Sequence record: PP763257.1
Direction: 5' to 3' (one strand)
Origin: Acinetobacter phage Ab5
DNA length: 64,000 bases
The translations under genes were made by a program, and so were the position numbers. Of the stretch, positions 18,985-28,984 are shown in pieces. Positions within the stretch are counted from its first letter, which is position 1. Each line of letters opens with the position of its first letter. A model generated the notes under the pieces. The model was not told the origin of the DNA. It made no database searches and saw only the letters and a list, made by a program, of their open reading frames with translations.

Positions 18985-20652
18985 ATGAAAGAACGTGAAA
19001 GTGTAGAGGATATTCAAAATTATCCTTTTATTGCAAACCTAGAAAGAAAAATTTCATTAGAAACATGTAAAAGATTTGGTGTTCGTGCATCCCTAAGTGA
19101 AGTAGATGGAAAGACCGTTACAGCTTACTATTTTCCATCTAAAAATAGTAATGGTGAGATTACTGGATACATGAAGCAAGATGTAACTAAAAAGAAAGAA
19201 GAGGATGGTCATTGGTCTGCTGTTGGTAAGGTTTCAATATCTAATAAATTGTTTGGACAAGATGTTGCTGAATCAATTAATCGAAAGCATAATAGTATTA
19301 CAGTTACGGAAGGGCAGTGGGATTGCTTATCTGTTTATCAATCGCAGGTTAACAGCTTGAAAGATACGAAATACGAAGGTCATGAGCCTTTTGTTGTTTC
19401 TATCCCATTAGGAACTAAGAACGCTGTTGAATCTTTACTGCACAACAAAGATTTAATTAAATCTTTCGATTCAATGCTGGTTTTCTTCGACAATGATGAG
19501 GCAACCCCAGCAGAAAAGAAAAAAGGTGTGGTTAAAGGTAAGGAAGCTACGGAGAATGTTGCATCTGCATTTTTGTCTGATTTAAAGTTGTACTCTGTTT
19601 CTTTATCGCATGGTTATAAGGATGCTAGTGATTACCTTCAGGATAAGAAAGGTGTTTTCAAGAGTCTTAATGAAGCTGAAAAAGCATTAGCAAAGTTAGT
19701 TCAGTTTGAGAGAACTCCACTTGTTGCTGAGAAGATTGCTCATGTCGACTCTATCTCACTTGACGAGTTGTGTGAACCTATTCCACTTGGTATTGAGATT
19801 AAAAGCTTCCCCAAGTTATCTGAAATGTTGTATGGTTGGAGAACAGGTGAATTGACTGTTGTTACCGCTAGGAGTGGTGCAGGTAAGACAACAGGGATGA
19901 CTAAAATCGCTGAAGATGCGATTGATGCTGGAGAAAAACTTGGTTTAATTTACTTAGAGGAAAAAAACAAGCAAACACTACAACGCTTTGTTTCTTCTCA
20001 GTTAAAGGTAAGCTATAAGAAATTCAAGAGAAACCCATTATCTGTTGCAACTAAGGAAGCTATCGAAAGTGTTTACAATAGATTGAAGGATAACAAACAG
20101 ATTGTTATGCTTGATCATTTTGGCAGTATGCCGATTAAGGAATTAATGAACAAGATTAAGCATATGTATTTTGTTGAGGGTTGCAGATACATTTTAATTG
20201 ATCACTTATCGATGGTAATTTCTGGAAGTGAGTTAACTGATGAGCGAAAAGAGATTGATATTGTTATGACAGAAATCGCTGCTTTTTGTGCAGCTAATGA
20301 TGTTGCTGTCATGTTGGTTGTTCACTTGAACAGACAAGGTAGTGCTGCAATACAACCACCTAAAGGAAAAGAGGATGAACCTTTCTGGGTTCAGGTTACA
20401 AAGGAAACAATGCGTGGTTCAGGTTCGCTTGAACAGATTGCATGGAATGTACTCGGTCTTGAACAAGAAATTTTACCCAACCGAAAACGAGGTCGTGTCC
20501 GTTGGGTTGTTTTAAAGAATCGTGAAGGTGGTGATCTTGGTGTTGCAGATACATTTAAACTAAACGAAGAAGATTGGTCTGTTATACACTATGAAGACGA
20601 GGATGAGGGAAATTGCGTTAATCCAGACGAAAATAAACCTCTCCCTTTCTAG
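18985..20652 (+). CDS. bifunctional DNA primase (TOPRIM) / DnaB-family replicative helicase
   Basis: TOPRIM motifs (VTEGQWD ... VFFDNDE) at the N-terminus. Walker A TARSGAGKTT, Walker B ILIDHLS and a RecA-like helicase core at the C-terminus. Acidic C-terminus ending LPF. The track start at 18922 is TTG with no RBS, so the in-frame ATG at 18985 is used; the true start is uncertain. Confidence 0.85.
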   Translation: MKERESVEDIQNYPFIANLERKISLETCKRFGVRASLSEVDGKTVTAYYFPSKNSNGEITGYMKQDVTKKKEEDGHWSAVGKVSISNKLFGQDVAESINRKHNSITVTEGQWDCLSVYQSQVNSLKDTKYEGHEPFVVSIPLGTKNAVESLLHNKDLIKSFDSMLVFFDNDEATPAEKKKGVVKGKEATENVASAFLSDLKLYSVSLSHGYKDASDYLQDKKGVFKSLNEAEKALAKLVQFERTPLVAEKIAHVDSISLDELCEPIPLGIEIKSFPKLSEMLYGWRTGELTVVTARSGAGKTTGMTKIAEDAIDAGEKLGLIYLEEKNKQTLQRFVSSQLKVSYKKFKRNPLSVATKEAIESVYNRLKDNKQIVMLDHFGSMPIKELMNKIKHMYFVEGCRYILIDHLSMVISGSELTDERKEIDIVMTEIAAFCAANDVAVMLVVHLNRQGSAAIQPPKGKEDEPFWVQVTKETMRGSGSLEQIAWNVLGLEQEILPNRKRGRVRWVVLKNREGGDLGVADTFKLNEEDWSVIHYEDEDEGNCVNPDENKPLPF

Positions 20653-20709
20653 TTTGAGGGCTTGCGCCCTCTTTTTGAATTTGTTATAATTTATTTTTAA
20701 GGATGGATT

Positions 20710-23085
20710 ATGCTTTTAAAAAGACGTTTAGTTGTTGATATTGAAACAAATAACATCCTATCAGAGATGTTAGATTTTTCTATTTTACCTTACAAGTTAA
20801 AAAACAATAGTAATCTTTGGTGTGTAGTATTTCGAGATATTGATACAGACGAGGTTTTTCACCAATCGTTATCTGGAATTACAAAAGATTGGGTTGAGTC
20901 TGTAGTTAAAGGTAGTACCGAAATTATTGCACACAACGGAATAAAATTTGACTTTGTTGTTTTAAAATTATTTGGTGTGTTTGACTACGAAATAGGTTAT
21001 TTAGAAAAGCCCGATCTATTATTTGGAAAAGAGGTAAAGTTTACAGATACTTTAGTTAGATCACGATTATTTAATCCTGATCGCTACGGTGGACACAGCT
21101 TGCAAGCTTGGGGTGAGAGACTAGGAGACTATAAAGATGATTTCAGACAAAAAAGTATTGAAGCTGGAATAATTAAATCAGACTCTCCTAAAGGTTCTGA
21201 GTTTCAGCAATACTCTGAAATCATGTTAGACTACTGTATTCAGGATACGAAAGTTACGGCAGAGGTTTACAAAAGTTTAGAAGAAGAGTGGAATTCGTAT
21301 TCTGGTTGGGTTAAACCAGAAAAGCTTGAAAATAAACTAGCAGACTTAGCTATTCGTAGAGAGTGTTATGGATTTTGGTTTGATAAAGATTTAGCTATTA
21401 AGTGCTTAGACGACTTAACGGAAAAGATGGATAAATTACGCAGTAACGTAAACCCTCTTCTTCCACCAAAACCTTTAACAAAGACAAGATTAAAAGAGTT
21501 TACGCCACCTACTAAACAATTCAAACAGGATGGAACATATAATGCTCACTTAATTAATTTTGCAAAGAAGCATAATGCAATTTTAAAAGACAGAGTGTTT
21601 ATCTATAAAGGGAGAGAGTACGATCTACCATTAACCGAGCCTTTAGAGATTGTGGAAGAAGCAGATATCTCTGACCTAGACCATGTTAAAATGCATTTGA
21701 TAAATCTTGGTTGGAACCCTACAGAGTTTAAGGTTAGGGATTTAACAAAGAACCATAAAAAACAGTCTATACCTTATGAGAAGAGACATAAAGCTTTATT
21801 GACGTGGCTGGAGCAAACTTTCGAGGAGGGTAAATACAAGGAACATCGGCTTAAAGAATTGGGAATGTATGATAAAGTTGAGATTTATAAAAAACTATCT
21901 CAACAGATTAAATCTGATAAGCCTGTCAGAGTTCCTACATCTCCTTGCGTTAGGGTCGGTATTGAAAAGGAGCTTTGCCCAAACTTAGTAAAATTAGGAG
22001 ATAAGGTTGCTTTCGCAAAAGACTTTACATTGTATTTAACTTATAAGCATCGTAAAAGTAGTATTGCAGGTGGTGATATTGAGGATTTGGACTTTGATGA
22101 AGAATATCCTAACACAGGTTTTTTATCAATGTATCGAGAAGAAGACCAGCGAGTATCAACTCCTTCTATAGAGATTGGTGCATCAACAAATCGTTACAGA
22201 CATATCGGCATATGTAATATTGCGCGTGCATCGTCAATTTACGGAAAAGAGATGCGTTCGCTGTTTGGTTGTGGGGAGGGAAAAAGACAACTAGGTTTTG
22301 ACTTTTCAAGCCTAGAAGCTCGAATTCAAGGGCATTACATTTTGCCTTTTAATGGTGAAGAGTTGGCTCAACAATTACTTGCTTCAAAACCTAATGACAT
22401 TCACTCTATTAATGCTAGAAAATTTGACATGCCACGAGATTTAGCAAAATCTTTAGGGTATATGTTGATGTATGGCGGTTCAGCAGCAAGAGCAAAAAGT
22501 ATGCTTGGGTGTTCTATGGTAGAAGCTAAGAGAATTGTTGATGGGTTTTGGGACGAAATGAAACCGTTGAAAGACCTTAAAGATGCTGTAACTAAAGCTT
22601 GGGAGAAGCGTGGAAAGAAATACGTTATTGGTGTTGACGGTCGAAAATTAGTTACAAGATCGGCACATTCTTTACTAAACGTTTTGTTTCAGTCTGGAGG
22701 TGTTATTTGTGCTAAATATACAACAGTATTTATGTATGAAGAGTTGGAGAGCAAGGGGTACAAGTGCAATCCGTTTGAGTCTGATGTTGACTTTATCTCA
22801 ATGATAGAATACCATGACGAATGCCAAACTGCGATTAACAAAGATGATGTTGAACTTAAAGTTTTTAAAGATGAAGAATCTATGAACGAGTTTGTGGAAT
22901 CTTGGAGTGGTGATCAACTCGGTAGCCCTGTTGAGTTGGAAAACGGAATGTATGTTGTGGCTCTTCCAAATGATGTATCAAGATCAATTCAGCATAGTAT
23001 TGATCGTGCTGTAGAAGAGGTAGGTTTGAAAGTTCCACTTGCAATGGAATGGGTTGTTGCGAATAACTGGTATTTATGCCATTAA
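20710..23085 (+). CDS. family A DNA polymerase with N-terminal 3'-5' proofreading exonuclease
   Basis: Exo I motif VVDIETNN. Pol A motif A FDFSSLEARI, motif B RDLAKSLGYMLMYGG, motif C EYHDEC. 791 aa. Confidence 0.9.
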   Translation: MLLKRRLVVDIETNNILSEMLDFSILPYKLKNNSNLWCVVFRDIDTDEVFHQSLSGITKDWVESVVKGSTEIIAHNGIKFDFVVLKLFGVFDYEIGYLEKPDLLFGKEVKFTDTLVRSRLFNPDRYGGHSLQAWGERLGDYKDDFRQKSIEAGIIKSDSPKGSEFQQYSEIMLDYCIQDTKVTAEVYKSLEEEWNSYSGWVKPEKLENKLADLAIRRECYGFWFDKDLAIKCLDDLTEKMDKLRSNVNPLLPPKPLTKTRLKEFTPPTKQFKQDGTYNAHLINFAKKHNAILKDRVFIYKGREYDLPLTEPLEIVEEADISDLDHVKMHLINLGWNPTEFKVRDLTKNHKKQSIPYEKRHKALLTWLEQTFEEGKYKEHRLKELGMYDKVEIYKKLSQQIKSDKPVRVPTSPCVRVGIEKELCPNLVKLGDKVAFAKDFTLYLTYKHRKSSIAGGDIEDLDFDEEYPNTGFLSMYREEDQRVSTPSIEIGASTNRYRHIGICNIARASSIYGKEMRSLFGCGEGKRQLGFDFSSLEARIQGHYILPFNGEELAQQLLASKPNDIHSINARKFDMPRDLAKSLGYMLMYGGSAARAKSMLGCSMVEAKRIVDGFWDEMKPLKDLKDAVTKAWEKRGKKYVIGVDGRKLVTRSAHSLLNVLFQSGGVICAKYTTVFMYEELESKGYKCNPFESDVDFISMIEYHDECQTAINKDDVELKVFKDEESMNEFVESWSGDQLGSPVELENGMYVVALPNDVSRSIQHSIDRAVEEVGLKVPLAMEWVVANNWYLCH

Positions 23086-23103
23086 TTTAATTAGGAGATG
23101 TAA

Positions 23104-24417
23104 ATGTTGAAGTTTAAAAAAGGTGATGAGGTTATTGTTACTGGTTTTATTAATTCTCGTGCTGAAGAGCTTGGTACTTTAGGTGAGGTTGGTATTGTTG
23201 AGGTTGCGGATGATTCAGAGATTCCATATTTTGTAAAACTAAAATCTGTTACAGGAGGTTCTGGTGGATTATGGTTTAAGGAGGAGAATTTAAAATCAGC
23301 TAAAGGAAGCACTTTTTACAAAGGTGTTGTATATTCTGTTGGAGATGTTATTGAGCGTTTGGATGATTGTCCTTATCCACTAGGATCAAAACATACGATT
23401 ATTGCGATTGGAAACGGAGGAGTTTATGCTAAGGATACTGAAGGTAGTGTTGGTTTTCATTGTTTGGGTTTTGTTAAGAAAGTAATTGAAGATAAAGAGG
23501 AAGATATGAATAATTTTGAAAAACACAACCCTGAACTTAAAATCGGTGATGAGGTTTTAATTCTAGAACATCCTGTATTGAAACATGACGAAGGAATTAA
23601 GTACCCTGAATCAATGCAAAAAGAAATTGGATCAAAACAAATTATTACTGAAGTTCACGAATTTGGATATCGACTGTCGAATCATTGGAGTTATGAAGCC
23701 AAATATTTGCAGAAAGTTACTAATGATATTGATAAATCACAACTTCTTAAACAAGAAATTGAAGTTGGAGATTTGGCGGTATTAATTTCTCTTGATAATA
23801 CAGTAAGAGAGTATGGTGCTAATGAGTCAATGAAAAAAGTTGGAGAAGCGTTTATTGTAAAACTTGTTTATAATGATGAAGAAGATGATTTAATTGAGAT
23901 TTTTGATGAATGTAGTTGGTCATATGATCATCGTGATTTAGTAATTTTGCAGAAAGCTTCAGATATGAAAGAGCGTAAATTAGCTCCTGTTGATTTGAAA
24001 TTACACACTCACACTTCTTTCGATGCATCTACTACTGGTGAAGCTGATGATTTTGGAGATTTTGACATTTCACCAGATGATTTAAAAGGTATGGTTGATG
24101 ACATGATTAGTCACCCTATCCAACCTATTGAGTCAAATGGTGGAAGTAGTGATTATTATTTTACTGAATTACCGAAATGGTTGATTGATCAAATTGTAGA
24201 AACTGGTGGTATTGAAGTTAAAGATATTGTTCAATTTGTATTTGATAATGATGCTCATGCAAAAGATATCATCAAGGCACAGAAACGTATTATTGAGCAG
24301 CGTAAAGGTGGTGGTAAAGCTGGATTAAAACCACTGTACGATTACAACAAGATTGTATTCTTCGCTGAAGATCAGTTGAGGGTTGCTAAGAACAATCTTG
24401 ATGAGAAATCTGAATAG
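23104..24417 (+). CDS. hypothetical protein with three internal repeats
   Basis: 437 aa. The unit (K/I)GDEV(I/L)(V/I) + ~40 aa recurs at residues ~6, ~146 and ~213. The C-terminal half is acidic. Confidence 0.5.
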   Translation: MLKFKKGDEVIVTGFINSRAEELGTLGEVGIVEVADDSEIPYFVKLKSVTGGSGGLWFKEENLKSAKGSTFYKGVVYSVGDVIERLDDCPYPLGSKHTIIAIGNGGVYAKDTEGSVGFHCLGFVKKVIEDKEEDMNNFEKHNPELKIGDEVLILEHPVLKHDEGIKYPESMQKEIGSKQIITEVHEFGYRLSNHWSYEAKYLQKVTNDIDKSQLLKQEIEVGDLAVLISLDNTVREYGANESMKKVGEAFIVKLVYNDEEDDLIEIFDECSWSYDHRDLVILQKASDMKERKLAPVDLKLHTHTSFDASTTGEADDFGDFDISPDDLKGMVDDMISHPIQPIESNGGSSDYYFTELPKWLIDQIVETGGIEVKDIVQFVFDNDAHAKDIIKAQKRIIEQRKGGGKAGLKPLYDYNKIVFFAEDQLRVAKNNLDEKSE

Positions 24418-24443
24418 CTTTACATTTAATTACAGTATTGTTG

Positions 24444-24472
24444 TTGACATTGAATTATAAGTTTGCAATAAT
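24444..24472 (+). promoter_or_regulatory. putative promoter
   Basis: TTGACA at 24444-24449, a 17-nt spacer, then AATAAT. Confidence 0.4.
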
Positions 24473-24659
24473 ACTCACCTACTCTGATGAATATTCGTAT
24501 ATTACTTCGGAGCTATAAAAGCGTTAAAAAGCTCAAAACATTTTAGATTTCTTTTAATAGAATTTCTAATTATGTTTTGAGTTGTTTGTATTTAAAAATT
24601 TAATTAAGTATGTGTCAATCGGCACATTATATAATAAGCATATACGATAGGAGATACAA

Positions 24660-25298
24660 ATGTCAATTAAGACTAATATTAATTTTGAATCAGGAATTAT
24701 TGAAAACGCAGTATTGTTTTACACTAAGTTAAAGAATCCACCATTAAAATACGGTTCTCAAACTGAACGTGAATACACTGTGGATGTTGTTGTTGATAAA
24801 TCTTCAGCAAAAGCTTGGAATAAGCAATTCGGAAAACAGAAGGCTAAGGAAATTGACAATGCAGATTTCACAGAGCAATTTAAGACTGATCCAGTGTTTC
24901 CAGATCAAGATGAACAGTTTGTGATTAAACTAAAAAAACCAGCTCAGTACACGGACAAGGCAACAGGTGAATTAGTACCTTTGAATGAAAAATATATTCC
25001 TCGTGTGTTCATTAAAAACGATGAGGGTACTTTGGAGGATATTACATTCACAACTAACATTGGTAATGGTAGTGTTGGTGTTGTTCAGTTTGATGTGAAT
25101 GAAAACTCTTTCGGTACGTTTGCTAAACTTGGTGCAATTCGTGTTGATAACCTTGTTGCTGTAGAACACAAAGGTGGTGCAAACTACGATGTTCTTGGTA
25201 CTGTTAAAACTCTAGCTGAAATTCCAACAGCAGCTAAGAAAGAACCAGAATCAACACAGCCTCAACATGTAGATGAAGACGATTCATTACCTTTCTGA
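24660..25298 (+). CDS. putative single-stranded DNA-binding protein (T7 gp2.5-like)
   Basis: 212 aa. Acidic C-terminal tail ending DEDDSLPF with a terminal Phe, as in gp2.5-type SSBs. Located between the polymerase and the FEN gene. No canonical OB-fold SSB motifs were checked. Confidence 0.45.
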   Translation: MSIKTNINFESGIIENAVLFYTKLKNPPLKYGSQTEREYTVDVVVDKSSAKAWNKQFGKQKAKEIDNADFTEQFKTDPVFPDQDEQFVIKLKKPAQYTDKATGELVPLNEKYIPRVFIKNDEGTLEDITFTTNIGNGSVGVVQFDVNENSFGTFAKLGAIRVDNLVAVEHKGGANYDVLGTVKTLAEIPTAAKKEPESTQPQHVDEDDSLPF

Positions 25299-25310
25299 TC
25301 TTTAACACTT

Positions 25311-25345
25311 GGAAGGACTTAATGTCCTTCCCTTATAATTTATAT
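25311..25345 (+). terminator. terminator hairpin after the SSB-like gene
   Basis: GGAAGGACttaatGTCCTTCC followed by a T-rich tract. Confidence 0.5.
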
Positions 25346-25359
25346 TTAGGAGAAAATAA

Positions 25360-25515
25360 ATGACAAAGAAAATTAAAATTGGTGTTCTAGAATTAGATAT
25401 GGGTAATCTTTCAGATATGATTTATGTTAATACAAAGAACCAACAACAATTAGCCACAGCGCTTCAGTTTGCAGCATACCAAGCAACATTTGAAAAGAAA
25501 CGAGGTGTTAAATGA
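25360..25515 (+). CDS. hypothetical small protein (51 aa)
   Basis: GGAGAA RBS. Below the ORF-track cutoff. Confidence 0.35.
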   Translation: MTKKIKIGVLELDMGNLSDMIYVNTKNQQQLATALQFAAYQATFEKKRGVK

Positions 25516-25688
25516 TTGATCAGCAAAAAATAGATAAATCAGGCGTTCTTGATCGATTTCATAAGAACATCGTTTCACGCTTAGTTAGTATAACTAGTAC
25601 AGGTCTGAGTGACAGTAATGAAGAGGACCTTCTAAAACTTGAGAAATTAATTCTAAAGAAATATAAAGAGATTGTTTCTGAATTATAA
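25512..25688 (+). CDS. hypothetical small protein (58 aa)
   Basis: ATGA overlap with the upstream small ORF. Confidence 0.35.
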   Translation: MIDQQKIDKSGVLDRFHKNIVSRLVSITSTGLSDSNEEDLLKLEKLILKKYKEIVSEL

Positions 25689-25702
25689 TTTGGAGAGCAT
25701 TA

Positions 25703-26107
25703 ATGAGTGTTAATTATTCAAGTGTTATTTTAATTGGTGCTGATTACGATCCATTAACTTGGAATACATTAACTGACGAAGCTAAATCAATTATTCGAGA
25801 AGAGGTTTTACAAGATTCACCTATTAGTTATGAATGGGATGATGAGAATAGTGAAATTACTAATCAAGATGAGATTGAGGAAGCTTGGGAAGAGCAATGT
25901 ATTTATGCATGGGAAGATCGTAAAGGTGAATGGATTAATGATTACTTTGGTTTTTCTGGAACAATTGGTAATTACTTCACTGGTGTAATTGATTATGTTG
26001 GTGTTGAAGTTCACAATTTAAATGCGGATCATCAAGAAGCTGTAGATGAGTGGTTAAAAGTCTTTACTGTTAAACCAGAATTACATCATGGTGTTTTAGT
26101 TTGGTGA
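25703..26107 (+). CDS. hypothetical acidic protein
   Basis: 134 aa. GGAGAG RBS. Confidence 0.5.
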   Translation: MSVNYSSVILIGADYDPLTWNTLTDEAKSIIREEVLQDSPISYEWDDENSEITNQDEIEEAWEEQCIYAWEDRKGEWINDYFGFSGTIGNYFTGVIDYVGVEVHNLNADHQEAVDEWLKVFTVKPELHHGVLVW

Positions 26108-26128
26108 TTAATTATGAGGTAGTTCATA

Positions 26129-26482
26129 GTGAGTTATGATATTGATGAAGCTCAAATTGATTACGATGAAGAAGATTATGACGATCTGAACGAACAGGAA
26201 AAATCGGCATACCAATTAGCTAAAGAACGTAAAGACTTTATTAAATATAGGAGATTTTCTCTAACGCTTCATCCTAAACAAATCTATCGATCTTTTCGTA
26301 AAACAATTAAGAAAGATTTGGATGTATTTACAGATGAAGAGTTAATGACAATTTATCGCGTTCTTTGTGATGCTATGAATATGAAGAATGAAGATTTGAA
26401 TCTGCAAATGTATAAATATATTCGAGCAAGAGTTGAGAGAGCTTATAATCGTAATAGACAAAAATTAGGAAGGAACAAATGA
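26129..26482 (+). CDS. hypothetical protein
   Basis: 117 aa. Confidence 0.5.
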   Translation: MSYDIDEAQIDYDEEDYDDLNEQEKSAYQLAKERKDFIKYRRFSLTLHPKQIYRSFRKTIKKDLDVFTDEELMTIYRVLCDAMNMKNEDLNLQMYKYIRARVERAYNRNRQKLGRNK

Positions 26483-26682
26483 CAACAAAAACAGAAGTTA
26501 AACACTACGGGATTGGTTTATTACCATTTTTAGGAATTGTATTTATCATTTTAAAACTGACAAATGTCATTGCTTGGTCATGGTGGTTAGTATTGTTACC
26601 ATTTATTATCCAAGCTGGACTTCTAATATTAGCTTTAGCTATTCTTGGAATTGCGGTTTATATTAAATATAAAAAATCATGA
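26479..26682 (+). CDS. small membrane protein (two TM helices)
   Basis: 67 aa, strongly hydrophobic. ATGA overlap. Confidence 0.5.
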   Translation: MTTKTEVKHYGIGLLPFLGIVFIILKLTNVIAWSWWLVLLPFIIQAGLLILALAILGIAVYIKYKKS

Positions 26683-26762
26683 TAATATTTGTAGTTCCAA
26701 TATTATTTCTATTTTTATATTTTGTGTACATTGATTTGTTTTGTTAATCAAGAGGGAGGATA

Positions 26763-27698
26763 ATGAATAAGATAGAGGATTATGACTTTAGTAAATTTGA
26801 CTACAATAAGAAATACCACTTACACATTGATTTCGACACTCCAATCTTCGCTAATGCTGCTGTGGTTAGTAAAGATATGTGTCAAGTTGAGCATAAAACT
26901 TCAGGAAGAAAGAAAACTTACAAGAACTTTGATGAGTTTAGTAACTGGTTGAATCTTCCTGAAAATTTTATGTATAAGTTATCTGATTTTAACGTACCTG
27001 TTATTGGTTTTGCTATATATGGTTTAAACAAACAACTTAAAGAGATGGTGTCTCATGGTTGGGTTGGTGATTACACTTTGTACGTTGGTGGTGATACAAA
27101 CTTCAGAAAAGACTTATATCCAGAATACAAAGGAAATAGGTCTAAGTCACCAGCAATGAGGAAGGTGTTATTTAATTATGTTGTTTCCAAGTATAAAGAC
27201 AAAGTGGTTGTGAGCGATGGTGAGGAAGCAGAGGATACTTGTTTGTCAAAAGTTTTAGAAGATATTGACAGTAATGTTTGCGGATATTGTGATAAAGACT
27301 TAACAACTCAGTCAGCATACTTCTTTAATTACAAGAAACAGGAGAAGGGTGTATTTTTTATTGATGAAAAAAAAGCTTTTTTCAATCTTTGTTGTCAGTT
27401 GTTGCATGGTGACTCTACCGACAACATATTTGGAATTAATTTTATTACTGACGAATTGAGACAAGCTTTTAAAATTAAAACAAAATCTATAGGTGCTGCA
27501 ACAGCAGAAAAACTCCTTGATGATGTTAAACACGATGTTTCCTTAATGAAGGAAAGAATTGTAAATATATATCAACTATCATATGGAGATTCTTGGAAGG
27601 AGAATTTACAATTTACAGGAAGTTTGGTTTTTATTAGTAAACGACAAAGAGAGTATTTTGACGTGGAAATTTTCTTAAAAGGAGTTGAGTATGAATAG
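26763..27698 (+). CDS. 5'-3' exonuclease / flap endonuclease (FEN, RNase H-like)
   Basis: The segment LYVGGDTNFRKDLYPEYKGNR matches the conserved NFR..L.P.YKANR motif of Pol I-type 5' nucleases. Confidence 0.7.
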   Translation: MNKIEDYDFSKFDYNKKYHLHIDFDTPIFANAAVVSKDMCQVEHKTSGRKKTYKNFDEFSNWLNLPENFMYKLSDFNVPVIGFAIYGLNKQLKEMVSHGWVGDYTLYVGGDTNFRKDLYPEYKGNRSKSPAMRKVLFNYVVSKYKDKVVVSDGEEAEDTCLSKVLEDIDSNVCGYCDKDLTTQSAYFFNYKKQEKGVFFIDEKKAFFNLCCQLLHGDSTDNIFGINFITDELRQAFKIKTKSIGAATAEKLLDDVKHDVSLMKERIVNIYQLSYGDSWKENLQFTGSLVFISKRQREYFDVEIFLKGVEYE

Positions 27699-27864
27699 TT
27701 ATAGTTTTGAGATTAAGTGTCGATTAACTTTTGATGATATGCAAGCTACAAGTTACAAGAAAGCTTTAAGTGCTATTGAAAAGTATTTGAACCATTGTCA
27801 ATTCGATTATGAAATTATTGATATTGATTGTCAGGAAAGATTGGAAAACGAAGATGAGTCCTGA
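27691..27864 (+). CDS. hypothetical small protein (57 aa)
   Basis: GGAG RBS. Overlaps the FEN stop. Confidence 0.35.
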   Translation: MNSYSFEIKCRLTFDDMQATSYKKALSAIEKYLNHCQFDYEIIDIDCQERLENEDES

Positions 27865-28429
27865 TGAAAAGATCAAAAAAATCCTTTCCGAAAATAAAGA
27901 TATATGGAAAACAGAATCATCTTATTTCTCTTATCTTCGCGGATGTATTCGTCTTGCTTGGAATAAGAATCCTGTTAAACTAAAACTTTTAAAGAAGATT
28001 AAAAAGCAAATTCCAAACCCTAATTACGGTAAACCTCGGAATACTAAACCTACAGTTTTTGGAGGAACTTGTGAAATTTGTAAAAATGATTTTCCAATGA
28101 AATTTTTAGAGGTTGATCATAAAGACGGTGGGGTTTATTCGTTGAAGAAGGTTGAGGATATTCAGGATTTCTTTGTTAATATTTGTATTGTTTGTGAAGA
28201 TGATCTTAGGGTTGTCTGCAAGGATTGTCATTCGTGTTTATCTTATAGTGCAAAACATAATTGTTCTTTTGAAGAAGCAAGAACTCAAAAAGAATTCATT
28301 GAGATAAAAAAACAAAAGAAAGTGGTTGACAAACTTATTAGCTTGGGTGTAAACTCAATACCTAAGTTAAAGAAAGATCAAGAATCTTTATTGTTATCGT
28401 TGATGCTAGGAGAGGTTAATGAAAATTAG
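27854..28429 (+). CDS. HNH endonuclease
   Basis: CEICKNDF ... EVDHKDG ... CKDCHSC is an HNH zinc/His-Me finger. Start placed at ATG 27854; the track start at 27809 overlaps the preceding small ORF. Confidence 0.6.
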   Translation: MSPDEKIKKILSENKDIWKTESSYFSYLRGCIRLAWNKNPVKLKLLKKIKKQIPNPNYGKPRNTKPTVFGGTCEICKNDFPMKFLEVDHKDGGVYSLKKVEDIQDFFVNICIVCEDDLRVVCKDCHSCLSYSAKHNCSFEEARTQKEFIEIKKQKKVVDKLISLGVNSIPKLKKDQESLLLSLMLGEVNEN

Positions 28430-28658
28430 CAAAGAAATTTATGATTTAATTGTTGATAGACATGAAATAATTAGTCAAATTGCAAGTGAATACCAAGATA
28501 ACCAAAGCATGAATGTGATTTACGGATGCGATTGTGGTTGTGGTGGTGATTCTTCGATGGATTATTTAGATTCATTAGAACAAAATTTAATTGATGTTGA
28601 GGATGAACTTCGTAATTTAGGTGTTGTTTTAGATTTTGAGGATGAAGTTGATGAGTGA
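28419..28658 (+). CDS. hypothetical protein
   Basis: 79 aa, acidic. CDCGCGGD motif. Confidence 0.45.
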   Translation: MKISKEIYDLIVDRHEIISQIASEYQDNQSMNVIYGCDCGCGGDSSMDYLDSLEQNLIDVEDELRNLGVVLDFEDEVDE

Positions 28659-28959
28659 ATTATTTGTAAATCTTGAAGAGTTTGAAGAAGTGTCTGAGGC
28701 AGCAAGTGTGCCACGTGAAGGTGATACTTGGAAAATGATTGAAGAAGGTGATTGGATTTCTGAAGGAAAATGGGAATATCAAGAGTGCGTTGTTCAGAAT
28801 ATTGAAACAGGTAAGTATTATGCTTATGGTTTGAGTCGTTCTGGAAGTTATTACTCTGATTGGTATTACCCACATCGTGAAGATGATAAGGGTGTAACAT
28901 TACAGGAAGTAAAACCTGTTGAGAAAATAATCACAGTAACACACTGGGAAGCAGTTTAA
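28636..28959 (+). CDS. hypothetical protein
   Basis: 107 aa. Confidence 0.45.
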   Translation: MRMKLMSELFVNLEEFEEVSEAASVPREGDTWKMIEEGDWISEGKWEYQECVVQNIETGKYYAYGLSRSGSYYSDWYYPHREDDKGVTLQEVKPVEKIITVTHWEAV

Positions 28960-28984
28960 TTAGTTAAATATTTAGGAGAGAAAA

